Assembly (NCBI GenBank): GCA_028023455.1
Contig: JAQFVV010000007.1
Coordinates: 10,540,001-10,604,000, forward strand
Length of the DNA: 64,000 bases
Source: Epiperipatus broadwayi
Taxonomy: Eukaryota > Animalia > Onychophora
Direction: 5' to 3'
Part shown: piece after piece, positions 14,012 to 27,175 of the stretch
Layout of the letters: every line of letters begins with the position of its first letter
Numbering within the stretch: the stretch's first letter is position 1
Made by a program: the position numbers and the translations under genes
Notes under the pieces: generated by a model
Database searches by the model: none
What the model saw: only the letters and a program-made list of their open reading frames with translations
What the model was told of the DNA's origin: nothing

Positions 14012-14101
14012 TAGTGGAAACCGCCTTGCAAGCAAGTAGTTGGTTGCAGACGGTTGTGGATTCGCGTCCCGGCCGATGCTATGACATATGGAAAAAAAAA
14101 A
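14012..14101 (+). mobile_element. Decayed copy of a short tRNA-Gly-derived SINE
   Basis: B-box-like ggattcgcgtcccggccgatgc followed by the tgacatatg-polyA tail shared with 26290 and 50020. Confidence 0.55.
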
Positions 14102-14379
14102 CTTCATCAGTGCTTTAGGACTGCTGATACTTCTGTAGATGGTATGGGAATACTATCTTGGGTATCTGAACTTTATTCCAATTCTTGGGTTTTTAGTACT
14201 GCAAATCCTAATAAAAACACTGCACCCACTCCTTGAAGTCACACTTAGGGGTCTGAACTAATTCCAACTCTTAATTCATTATTAGCAGAAAATTATTATG
14301 ATCATTTCATATAGAACTGAAGCCATTGCTGTGAATAGCAAGACTACTGCTCTTGCAAAGACTGGATTTAATTTTTATC

Positions 14380-15760
14380 TTCTTTTTTAATTTATTTCTA
14401 ACTGTGAATAGCATGATAACCATTTACCGACCGATAGTTTAATGAATAGCAAGATTTTGTTAGGTTAGATAGCTGAAAGATAAATCCAAAGCTTACTTGA
14501 AATCTAAAAATATCAATCGGATTTGAATTCATGTCTATGACTAATAATGGCTGTGATAATCTCTGTTATACGAGATTCTTTTGATCACAAAATATACATA
14601 CATATAAATGTATGCAATGCAATAACTTCCGTTAGTCAGTCCAAAAAAAAATAAAATTAAGATTCAAAGTTTTTGTTTTAATTCGTTCTATTAAAAGATG
14701 TGATTACATTTTCTTTGAAAACCCGTTTGTTTTATTACTAATGGAGTAGCTGGCTGGAGCCTCCTTATTAAGCTTGCCTAATTAAGCAAGTAATTTAGAG
14801 TTAATCAACAGAGAAAGAAAACTTTGTGAGCAAAGGTCAAGAAATTGAATTATTCGCCAGAAATCAAATGAAAGTTCTTAACTCTTAGCAGCAGTGAATC
14901 GTGGCAAAATCTTCATTTACTATATTTTTTCTTCTTAATGAAATTAAAGAAGTGATTCACTGTTTAATTGTACTTTTTATGTAATTAAATTTTAATATCA
15001 ATTGATTCATGATGAAACACTTTGAAATTGAAAGTTACTTAGCTGCGGTTATGAAATGTATATATATAAATTTGAGATTGAACTTAAATCTATCGATCTA
15101 TCTTAAGTTCTCTCTTTATAAGTAAATATATGTGTTAGGGTTAGTCCTAACGGTTTGGTGCAATAATCGTCTTGCAGACTGTGGAGTTCAAGGATCACTG
15201 GTCGCGACTCAGTTCTGTATTTCTGGTGCCAAAACTATTTATAATCTCCCGAGAAATAAGTCATTTGTTTATTATAATATTTTCTAAACAATAATCTTTA
15301 ATATGTTGAGTTCTATAAAGTTCTCCAAATATTTTCAGATAAAACGAGTCTGATTTATTCTTTAATCAAGCATATTCTATAGGCATAATACATAAAGTCA
15401 GTGAAGAGGGATTATTTATTTATTTAATAAAAAATATTTAATTCCACAACAATTTATTTAAAAATAATAATCAAATAGTAATAATAATCAATAAAACAAG
15501 TAATATATAACGTATAACGTCACATTGCTTTTATAAGCTTGTATTTACAAAAATGTAGTACAGAGAGAGTACCAATAGGTAATAGCTTTGGAAGTCATGT
15601 GATGATAAAGCGCTGATGTGGTTGGTTGAGTATGTTAGTTGCATTAAAAAAAATACGGGAAGATTAGTCACTCTACAGATGATGGCATGTGAGAACCGGA
15701 AGCGAAAATTGAGTTAAGAAGCGTTTTTTAAATTGACTAGATAAACTTATTTAATCATTT
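14380..15760. promoter_or_regulatory. CpG-retaining island with promoter-like motifs
   Basis: Many CpGs in an otherwise depleted window. ETS-like ccggaagc ~15697, CCAAT ~15576, E-box-like gtcatgtgat ~15596. Confidence 0.4.
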
Positions 15761-16328
15761 GAGAATCTATCAAGGAGCCATTAGTTCTCGAGTTCACTCC
15801 CTTCCTAATGAACTAAATACACAGGGACAATGCATTTAAAAATTATTAATAATTTCACCTATCCTGAAAATGATTAGGGGCTGATTTGCATGCATTCCTC
15901 CTTTGAGATTGATTATGATTTGCCTTACTCCTCAAGCTTATCGCTCAGACCCTGAGTATTATGACATTGACTTCCATTCTGAAGGGTTGGTTTACCTATA
16001 CAAAGCTGTGGCATTGCATGGACAAAAGTTTAGAACTATCTTTGTACACTTTGAGACATGCAAGCTTAGTCACCTACCACCAATATACTAAATCCTAGTC
16101 TCTTTTCTTTGTCTCTATGCATCATATTAGTTCATATAGGCTGTGCAATACAAGATGTGTCAATATTGAACTTCTACCTCTCTGAATACCATTTAATGTA
16201 TCATATGTCTAATTTTACCATAAGCTGTAACCAAATTTTAGAATAAAATATTTTATATTTTTATATTAAAAAAAATTAGTAATTGAACAGTTTAGGAAAG
16301 CAATGACAAATATTAACTTATTAAGAAC

Positions 16329-16710
16329 TTACATCACATGAACACCATTTCTTATGCTTGCTCATAACAGTATGTGTACTGAACTGAGTTCAGATCCATA
16401 TGACTATATAGGCTAATGACATTAGATTGAAAATATTATTGTGTTTTCAATTTTGTTCTCATAGTTTTGTAGTTAAGTTGAAATAAAAGGTGGCTGTTGG
16501 AGGGTTGCATTAGATCCTAAGATCTAGCTGCCATGCTCTCAGATTCAAAGTTCCTTACTGACAAAGACTGCAAGCCAGAAACTAGTCTGGGAATTTTGGA
16601 TGAGTAGACCCTAGATAGGAATTTTATGCACAACCCTTCTGGCATCCATTGATTACTCTGACTTGCACTGAGTGGCATTACTGTATAGAGAGTTTTGCCC
16701 GTTTTATTAA
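16329..16710. mobile_element. Family A hammerhead-repeat insertion; HHR core mutated (CTGACAA, 16551-16593)
   Basis: Family A homology. Imperfect 14-bp TSD aacttattaagaac / aacttattagaaac. Confidence 0.85.
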
Positions 16711-17169
16711 AACTTATTAGAAACATAAATATTACTGATGTTATGTTGCAATATTTTGATGTAGGAAATGTAATGTACTATCTAAATTTTTATTTAGTAC
16801 TATTAGAAAACTCCTATATATATATGATTCTACAAAAAACAACAAAAACAAATGAATTTCTATAGAAAGTAGAAACAAGTGATACTTTTTGTAAGGTGTA
16901 TTATTTTTCTATAACAATATGAAAATCCTATAACATATTTTTTTTTAATGAAGGAAGAACCATAAAGTGTCATTGTACATTATCTGTAAGTAGATTAATG
17001 AATAATTTTGAGGATAAGCTTGAAAATGATAATAAAGCCCAAATTGGTTTATGACTTTGATTGCCAAATTTTTAATGTTAGATGTTAGGAAAAGACAGAA
17101 ATATATTTAAAGTTTGGAATAGCTTTGCATATTCACCTACTACATTTCCCTGATAATAAAATCTAATCC

Positions 17170-18160
17170 AAAAATAAGCCCTATCATGATTTTTCAGGAT
17201 GCTCTTAATATGAACCCTACCCTAAATATAAGGCATATGTATAATCATCAGCCAATCAGCCAGATTCTGTTTGCTCATTGGAACACACAGCATATGTATT
17301 GAATTATAAAATAATGATTGTATTAATAAATAAATAATGCTGATATTAATGCTTTAAATAAATGATAATATAAATTATAATTAAGTATACATAAATATCC
17401 AAGTGGGTGCCCTTGAATGAAAGGTAAATGCCTATATATAAAGTAATAAAATCTTGGTGGCACTTGTGCAGTAGACTGTTTTTGTTAGGGTGTCTATTCT
17501 CTGAAAATTTCATCAATACTAAGGAGAAGGTAGCCAAGTGTGTACATGGTTGTGGTTTATATCTTCAAATATTGTAATGATCCACTTGCTCAATTCAGCT
17601 AATATATCCCAAAGATATGCAAACACCTCATATGTTCATTGCTTTCCAATTCTTGGAGAATGATGTGGATGTTAGGGAGACAAATTAGTCACACTGTAAT
17701 GTAATTTGTCTACAATTTTTATGAGAGTGAAGACACTCTGGAGCTATTACAAGTGATTTAAAATGTGTTTACAATGTACACGGTTGATAATGGATGGATG
17801 TGGCTGTGTCTTATCTGAATCTTCATAATTTAATACACTCTGTGTTTTTGTGGACATACTTAATGTACTCATGTGAAATACAGAATTGTTTTCAGAATTT
17901 GTATGCATACATTTTTTGTTGCTTTTGTGTGGACAATAATTTTTAATTACAATCATTTTTAGTTACTACTTCTATTTTGTAAGGCTTTAATTAACACTTG
18001 ATTTGAGGATACATTTAAACAGAATAATATTTTGACCCACAGACAAGAAGAATGTGAAATGAAAGAGCTATTCCATTGAATATAAGAAAAGAATTGTGGA
18101 AAACTCCTGGAGGAAGAATTTTATGGCTTTCTGTAATGAGAAAAAGCACTTGAATTAATG
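17170..18160 (+). mobile_element. Decayed pogo/Tigger-like non-autonomous element, homologous to 56642-57720
   Basis: Shared subterminal aaaataagc.ct...atttttcaggatgct sequence and shared internal segment. YSIEYKKRIVE peptide (~18070) resembles a pogo N-terminal HTH. Confidence 0.55.
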
Positions 18161-18189
18161 TTGACTTTTGTCCTTGAATAAATGTAAAT

Positions 18190-18480
18190 ATCCCAGTGCC
18201 TAATACTAGCTAAAAGTTCAAATATTTACAGAGGGCACTGCTGACAGAACCCAATGTTTGAGAGGTTGATTTGACATTTTGAATAATTTATATTTTTGTA
18301 CTTGAATGAATGTATATTTTTGTATTTGAATAAATATAAATATACCAGTGCATATTGCTATCAGAAAATTCAAATATTTACAGAAGACATTGCTGAAAAA
18401 TTATCATGTTTAGAAGATGATTTGACATTTTGGATAAATGTTCATTTTTTGTATTTGAATAAATGTAAATTTTTATTTAT
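18190..18480. repeat. Diverged ~150-bp tandem duplication
   Basis: ccagtgc...aa(g/a)ttcaaatatttacaga...gatttgacattt...tttttgtatttgaataaat occurs twice. This explains the 18296 ORF. Confidence 0.7.
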
Positions 18481-19044
18481 GAAAAAATGTCATCCCCAGA
18501 AAATAATTTCTGAGGTGTCTTTTGGAAGTCTTGGTCTTAGTTTCAGGGAAACACAGTATATAATAGAACTAGAAACAATAGTGCATGCAATTTTGTATTT
18601 TTTGAACATGAGAAAGGAACTGGTCATTTGTTTAAATCTGTGGATAACACAATTATTTGTCTGAAAGAAAAATAATAAAAAATGTAAAATGAAATGGGGC
18701 ATATAATTAATTCAAAAATTTCTATTATGTATTGAGCAGTTGTGTAATAGGAATTGTCATTTTAATTTATAATGGGTATGTAATTAATTTTAAAAAAATC
18801 TGTTAATGTCAAGGACAATAATATTGCATTTATAAATAAATGGTGTTTGTATTTTTAGTGGTATAAATATATAGGTTTGTTAAAATAAATTGTAGTGTAA
18901 CGTTGTCAAAGATTCTCAGCATTGAAAGAAAGCTTACTAATTTTTTGAAGTATATTATTGCATTATTTATTAATTGTCCATACACTTATGGAATATAAAT
19001 TTCACATTTTACTATGGTTTTTGTATATATAAATCATATGACTC

Positions 19045-19310
19045 GACCCAATGCTTAAAATTAACTAATAGAATATTAACAACCGTTTGTCAAGGCAACA
19101 TTCACATTCTATTAGCTTATTTTAAACACTATCTGGAATCATGTGAATTACAAATGATTATATAAATCACATAATCTCAGCCAATGCTTAAAATTAATGA
19201 ATACAATATTATCAATCAGTTGTCATGGCAATGCTCAGATACCAAATTTCCATCTATTATCTGAGTGTTGGTGATATTATATTGGTTCATTTTAAGCATT
19301 GGCTGGGTTT
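19045..19310. mobile_element. MITE-like element of the cagccaatgcttaaaattaa TIR family
   Basis: ccaatgcttaaaattaa at ~19048 and ~19180; reverse complement ttttaagcattggctggg at ~19290. Same TIR as 56010-56462. Confidence 0.7.
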
Positions 19311-19366
19311 ATATAATCTACTGTCATCACATGATTTAAATGTTAACCAATTTTTTATATATTATA

Positions 19367-19370
<4 letters not shown>

Positions 19371-19460
<90 letters not shown>
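19371..19460. repeat. (TA)n microsatellite
   Basis: Uninterrupted TA run. This explains the YIYI ORFs. Confidence 0.98.
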
Positions 19461-19463
<3 letters not shown>

Positions 19464-20174
19464 GTCATAAATATAGTATTTATAAAGTCTATAATTTATT
19501 TGAGCAAGAAAAAAAATATAATTTTACTTTAATAAGTAAAAAAAACCCATCACTACAAACTTCAACAATCTAAATCCAGATATTAGTTGGTAATACAGAG
19601 TTTAGAAAACAGGATATGATAAACAACATATAGTGAATCATGAGAAAGTGGGGTTACTGATGACAATATGATGATTATTTTTTTAATGTAGCAAGACTTC
19701 CAAAAAGTAAGTAACATCATGAAGCCTTATATAAGATATTCATATAAAAATTCTGAATGTGCAAAAATACATGCAGAAAAAAAAAAGAACTTTGAACCAA
19801 TGCATTATTGAGATGTGCACTTCTCAATGATTAATCATGACAATTGGAATGGATAAAATGTCTAAATTTATCTACTAAAAATAATTAAATAAAATAGGAA
19901 AGATCCACTATGCAGAAAAGATTAAAGAATAGCATCTATTTTATAGTTTAGCACTGCTTTTGACCATTCCAGATGTATTCATAATCCAAAGACAGATAAA
20001 TGGCAGAATTGGTTTGTAAATTCACATATAACCACTTTCATGATAGTGAAACCCATGAATCACTTTTACTTATCATATGGGTGTTGTCTGCAATAAACTA
20101 TGCCTCTTTATATTTTTTCTTTTGATCATTGCACTCAATGCAAACTACTTTAATATCAGGCAACTGTGATCTGA

Positions 20175-20705
<531 letters not shown>

Positions 20706-21669
20706 GATTAACTTGAGCTACAATTTTGATCCACTTAACATTAAAGTGCTTTGTGCTGGGTACAATGATTGAAAGAAAAAATACAAAGAGATGTACCAAA
20801 AACACTAAGATAACAAATAAAAGATTCATGTGTTGTAGTACTATGCAAATGGTATACGTAAATTTACAAACTTGCATACTAATTAATCCCAATGTTTGTT
20901 TTTTTCATTTACCTGTTTTGTGGTATGAAAATGACCAGCCTAATTGAAAGCAGAGCTGAGCTGTAAAATAGTTGCAATTGTTTATTATTTCCTGTATATT
21001 GGACTTTCCCTATTTATTGAATTACACATATTGAGCTACTAAGAATAATGTTAATCATACTAATCAAAATCATTTTTTTTTAGTTTTTTACATTTTTTTC
21101 TATGATACTGGACTTATGGGACATTGATATTTATATGTTCTAGTAATTACAATAAGCCTGTAAATAAATTATGGTATCAAATTCTTTTTCTCTCACTACA
21201 TTTATACTGCCAATTGAAAGCTTTAATAATAAATATATGATACGTGGAAGTGCTGATTAAATTCTTAACCAGTGCTGACCATTTGACACCTATTGATTGC
21301 TAAAGCTTACAATAGATGGCATAAATATAATAAGAGGATAAAAATGTGCTGCTGAATAGCATGATATAAGTAGGAGTCATATGAAATAAATTATGGCTTA
21401 TCAAATTTGTAAGACTATTAACATAAACCTATTCATGGAACTATTAAGGACCAAAATGTTATTATGGTAATTTGCCTGTCAGACTCCCAAAGAATTATTT
21501 GAATAAATATGCAAATGTTGCCCATTCTCTTATATCAATACCAATGTATTAACCAAAGAGAAAATAGGGGGAAAGGCATTTTGGTAATATAGCATTATAG
21601 TCATATTTGCAGTAATTTTGGTATGTTCACAACAAACTGTAATAATTTGATATTGATAAATACTAAACA

Positions 21670-22320
21670 ACATCAAGCTCCCCATACAGTAGTGCCCCTT
21701 AGTGCAAACCTTAGTAACCAGTAGATGCAAAAAAACTTGTGCTAAAATCCCTATATAGTTACTGCTCATCTAATATTCTCAGATTAGTTTCTAGATTGAG
21801 GCTTTCCTCAATGAGAAGCTTTGCATCTGAGAGCATTGTACTTAGATCTAAGGATCTATGCAACCCTCCAGCGGAAACCTTTTGTTTATTTAATATAGGA
21901 AATAGTGATCATGTGTAGTTTTAATGTTTTTATAGCAAGTCTGCCCATATGATAATGGTGACTGTAACTTTTAAGAAACCAAAGACACTAAAATGTATAG
22001 ATACTGAACTGGGTTCAGATCTATAAAAATTATTAGAAAATTATTGTGTTTTTATGTTGGGATCATTGCTTCAAAGTTAACTAAATAGGTAAAAGGGGAC
22101 TGCTAGAGAGTTGCAGTAGATCCTAAGATTGAGATGCAGTGTTTTCTGATCCAAAGCTCCTCACTGATGAAAGCCACAAGCTAGAAACTAGTTTGAGGAT
22201 ATTGGATGACCAGGTAGTAGATAGGGTTATTATGCACAAACCTTCTTGCATCCATTTGTTAGTAAGACTTGCATTGCATGGCACTACTGTATGGAGAGTT
22301 TATTGCTGTATTAACAGCAT
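21670..22320. mobile_element. Family A inverted pair with two HHR variants
   Basis: Minus-strand HHR 21776-21817 (ttctca/tgagaa, TTGAGGA). Plus-strand HHR 22158-22199 (tcctca/tgagga, CTGATGA, agc/gct, GAAACTAG-TT). Confidence 0.85.
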
Positions 22321-23989
22321 GTGTAAAAAATGGGAGAAAGAGAAAAAAAAATCTTTTTTGCATCATTAGAACAAAAATAAATCTTATTATTAATTAAATA
22401 CAGCATTCATTACTTTAAAATGTTTAGAAATAGGATGCTTTAAATGATATACGTTTTCTATATAATCACCTCTTTAATGTGATGCTTTAGCTCATCACAA
22501 CTATGAAGATTTATAATTATTTTGACTTAAGAATAAGATAAGATATTTAATTTTGAGGATATCATTAATTACTTAAATAAGGAATTTTTTGTATATATGT
22601 ATGACACACATAATAAATTTATTCAACAACATTTTGTTCACTAGAACCACATTTCAATAAGTGTGCTAACAATGACTGATCTTTATATACCTTTGATTAA
22701 AAATTATTATATTTTTTAAACACATAATAGTGATTCATATATATAGAAAATGTTGCAATCATTAAATATAATTTTAGTGCATTTTCAGTTTTGAGCATTC
22801 TTTTTGAAAGGCAACCATTACATTCAAAATAAAAGTGGAAATCTAAAATTAAATTCAGAGGTAGGGTGACAGAATCTTCAGGATAAGGTCCTCAGATTGA
22901 TTTTGGTGCTAGCTTTTCCACATTCAGACTTTTTATTAACCTTGAACAATAAAGTCATTACTTGCCCTGATATGGTTAGCACACTGGTAGAGTATAACAT
23001 CACTGAAATGTATAGTCCCTGGATCAATTTCTGTTTTAGTACTTCTGGTATTCGAACTTGATATGAACTTTCAAGCATCAAAGCTATTTGATTATATATT
23101 TTTTTTGTATAGATGAATCACATTCTTTGGTTTTTAACAATGCGAATAGTTTTCCTACTATGCATGTTCTTATATTTTTCGAATTATAATTACTTTGCCA
23201 ATTCATATTGTAAATATACAGCTATAGACATTGGGGGGGGGGGGAATCCTCACCGATTCTATTATCATATTGTTTTCAATACATGAAACAGCATATTTAA
23301 AATATGAGACTATTGTTACTTGTAATTTATATAGATATGTATAACAACTAGTCTAATAATTAAACTCAAATGTAGTTGCAACGTATTGTTTTTAGATGTT
23401 AGATTAATCATTATGCAAATGATAACAAATATTTCTTGATAATAGATCATTTGACCCTTAAAGAATTTTAATAAGATACAGCTTGCTTTTTGTCGTAGAA
23501 TATAGTTTAATCTTAATCATATATGATGTGATTTGATCCAAGTGTATACTTTTATGAAACAGTCGCGAAAAGTTCATTTACGGTTCTGTTCAACTTCCCT
23601 GAAAGTCATATTACATGCAATATTAAAATTAAAAAACAAATTTTCTTGAAGGAGTTGGAGTGATTAATTTAATGCACTTAATTTATTTGATTTAGATACA
23701 CTTCATTGAATTAGTCTACATTACATATTTTTCTTTAATAATTCAATCAAAAATAATAAAAAAATGGATTTCTTTATTATATAAGCCTAGCATATGAAAA
23801 TTACATCTAAGTCTTTTCACAGCTTATAAAACACACAAACAGATAAATGGTATAGTTTGGAAGAGTTTATTTTGTAAACGAATATAATATTCAAAAACCA
23901 TATATTGAAGATATACAGTTTGAAATATTTTCCAGTTATTTTAAATCAAGACCTATTTAATCTCTACATGCCATATCTAAACCCTCACT

Positions 23990-24520
23990 ATGCATGCATT
24001 GTTTAGACAATCTCCCCATTTCATTGAATTTCCATGTATGTGTTGAGAACTTGATACCTTTTCCATTACACTTTCTTCATGCAATATAGTGACTGGTTCA
24101 TATTCATTTTTAGCATTTTGTGGGAGAATGATTAATTATTGCAATGCAGAGATATTCTTGTTTAATCAGTGTACCATCTCTCACCTCATATCCACTGTAA
24201 CATAAACATTCACTGGTCCAGTAATTCAGATCATCTTCTCTTATCATACATCTATTTCATGAATGATATTCATTTGTCTTGTTAGAGATATGAAATATCT
24301 GAAAATGCCTGTATTGATACTTTAATATTTTTCCATTAACCCATTCTCAATCAAAGTTATGACTGCTTTCTGTGAATTTGTAGTATTTTATAAAAGAGTG
24401 AATAATCAATAATTTCATTGTAGAGATATTTTTTTAAAAAAATTCTGCCTTTTATCAGCAAATTTCTCATCACAAATCCATTGTATGGCATTCATCCATT
24501 GGTGCAGAAACTCAGTCCAT
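23990..24520 (-). pseudogene. Decayed mariner transposase C-terminal remnant
   Basis: Frameshifted KGIKFSTHTWKF..GD resembles the mariner terminus GIxKLxxRWxKCxxxxGDY. A diverged related copy lies at 25170-25720. Confidence 0.45.
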
Positions 24521-24549
24521 CTACTTTTCTTATTTATTCATTTCCATAT

Positions 24550-25040
24550 ATAGTGACTACTCATCCAATATTTTCAAGCCAGTTTCTAGCTTGTGGCATT
24601 CATCAATGAGGAGCCTTGAATCTGAGAGCACTGCACCTAGATCTTAGAATCTAAAGCAACCCTCCAGCATCCATTTTTAATCTTATTAGCTAACTATATA
24701 GCTTTGAGTCCAAAATGAAAACACAATAATGTTTTCAATTCAAACTCATTAACTTATATAGTTATATAGGTCTGAACTCAGTTGAGAATTCTTACTTTTT
24801 GGTCTCTTTGGTGTTTTAATAATGGTAGTCACTATAATCCTCTTGAACAGGATTGGTATTAAACCATTAAACATCACTTGATCACCATTCTTTATGCATA
24901 CACAAGCTGTTTACACAGAGGCTAAACTCTCCATACAGTAGTCCCACTCAGTGCAAGCCAACACTGAGAGCCACTACTATATGGAGATTTTAGCCTCTGT
25001 GTAAACTTGAGTAAGCATAAAAAATGGTGATCATGTTATA
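24550..25040. mobile_element. Family A unit (minus strand) ending in a hairpin inversion centred ~24960; HHR decayed (24571-24612)
   Basis: Family A homology; ctctccatacagtagt...actactatatggagat inversion. Confidence 0.85.
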
Positions 25041-25169
25041 TCATATTTATTTCATATAAACAATTTTCACTTAGCAGATAAGATATACTTGAATTTTTGT
25101 GCTCATGTAGGTAATTTGATAATCTCATTTACTTGTAATGCACACTTCTAAGGCATAGACTGAGTTTTA

Positions 25170-25720
25170 CCTACTTCTAATTCATTGTGGATAATCAATC
25201 ATTGCTTGCAGAGATATTTAATAGATTTGTTTTTTTTATCAGTGTATCATCCATCAATGCAATAACCCACCCACTTTCATTCTTTATGTGTTTCACAAAC
25301 AGTTTTCATTCATCAAAGGGGATAGAATTGCATCAACTACCTGAATCTTCATGCTTCATTACACCAGTTTTATATAGTTACATCTTTTGGAAGAATTAAT
25401 AATCAGTTATTGCACTGCAGAGATATAGTTAATTTTTTCATGAGCACATCTTTTTCTCATCTCAGCTCCACCATACCAAAAACCTCCATGAGAACAGAAT
25501 TCAAACCATCTTCCCTCATGATACATGCATTTTACAAACAATCATTACTCATCTGGTGAGATGTAAGTATCATTTCAATGATGATAGTTTTATATTTTAT
25601 CTGTACATTATCCTCACACAAGATAGGACTAGTTTATATCCACTTTTAAAACCTCATGAAAGAATAAAGAATCAATTTATTACACTGTATAGATATTTTA
25701 GAATGTTTTCATTTTTACCA
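25170..25720 (-). pseudogene. Decayed mariner-like remnant related to 23990-24520 and 54880-55300
   Basis: Shared ttattgca.tgcagagatat and ctcacacaagatagg.actag segments. Confidence 0.4.
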
Positions 25721-25993
25721 CTTGCCTCTCATTTAAGTTTCATGATACTACAAACACCTATTACTGCAGAAAGTTAAATCATCCTCTCTCACTACGCATG
25801 TACTTTACAAGCACCATCACTTATTACACTAGCAGTGGTTGCTGTATGGAGATTTTTGATAAACATTTTCATATATAAAGATATATCTTTAGAAAATAAA
25901 TTTTAGAATTATTTAGTCTATGGTAATTTACTAATGTAGTTGAATGTGAAAATTATACACTGGAAAATACAAAAGGAAAAAGAAAGTACTGAT

Positions 25994-26209
25994 AAACATC
26001 ACATGATTACCATTTCTTGTGCGATCCTAAGATCTAGGTGCAGTGCTCTCAGATCCAAGGCTCCTCACTTATAAAGCCAGAAACTAATCTGGGGATATTG
26101 GATGGGTAGGTAATAGATGGGGATTTTATGCACATGTCTTTTAGCATCCATTGATTACTCTGGCTTGCATTGAATGGCAATATGTATAGAGAGTTTTGCC
26201 TGTTTTAAT
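25994..26209. mobile_element. Short family A insertion with HHR stem II deleted
   Basis: Perfect 14-bp TSD aagaaagtactgat (25980-25993 and 26210-26223). Confidence 0.9.
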
Positions 26210-26289
26210 AAGAAAGTACTGATGTTTTTGAATGGGGTTCAGTGGAAGATTTCTGGAAGCATTATGAATAGTAATGAATGCAAACAACT

Positions 26290-26379
26290 GCAGTTAGTGG
26301 CCTAATGCTTAGAATAGCTGCCTTTCAAGCAGGTGGCCTGGGTTCACTTCCCGGTCAATGCATTTGACATATAAAAAAA
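26290..26379 (+). mobile_element. tRNA-Gly(TCC)-derived short SINE or tRNA pseudogene (anticodon reads TTC)
   Basis: tagctgcctttcaagcaggtggcctgggttcacttcccggtcaatgca closely resembles eukaryotic tRNA-Gly-TCC. Followed by tgacatat and an A run. Confidence 0.7.
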
Positions 26380-27175
26380 CAACACATAGTCAAATTAGAC
26401 ATGGATTCTCAGCTATAACACATATAATGAAGTTCAAAATTATCTTATTTTGCTCATAAAGTGTGTGAATATTACTCGTACTGTTGGTTGAAAATATTGT
26501 TTTATTAATTTGCACACACACATATATATTACTATCTTAATATATATATATGTTATGAGTTTCTGATGTTAATATACAAATAGCCTGAAGAATGATTGGT
26601 TGTAGAGCTTAAATATCCCTAATATTAAAGTTGATAAACTTTTGAATACCTGGTGATTTATGTAAAGCAAGTACTTGCTTTAGTGCTACACATGTTGAAT
26701 AGGAAATTCATTAGTTATTAAGTATTATATCATAATAATTAGCCCATTTTCTTTCCATGTTAATCCAGAGTTTGAACTCAGTTAAACCATGAAAATTTAT
26801 TCAGCCTCTAATTAAGTTTAGGATGTTTTTGACTAGTACCCAGACAATAACAAAGAAATCCAATCATTAATTTATCAATCAATAAATAAATAAAACATAG
26901 AGTTAAAGATAAACCATAGAATTAACATTTATAGGAATATGATATCATCTGTATCAGTAGTGGTTTTATAATATTGCATCATTATTCTTTGTTTTTACAG
27001 CTAGAGCTTTGATATTTGTCTAATCAATTTAGTTTAATATAAAGCTTTTATTCTCTAATTTATAGTAATAGTTAGAAATTGCTATACTGACTAATATCAC
27101 ACTTGTTGTGATCTGTAATGTTTTCACAATTCTCCTCATCAATAAGTCATGGACATGGTTGGGTAACACAAAGTG

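Noticed and set aside
19225-19573. ORFs rich in YIYI
   Set aside because: Translation of the (TA)n microsatellite.
22878-23081. 67-aa minus-strand ORF
   Set aside because: Weak resemblance to a LINE C-terminal region (KLIQGLYISVMLY); too decayed to call.
26290-26362. Functional tRNA-Glu(TTC)
   Set aside because: The body is tRNA-Gly-like with mismatched acceptor and T arms and a SINE-type tail.
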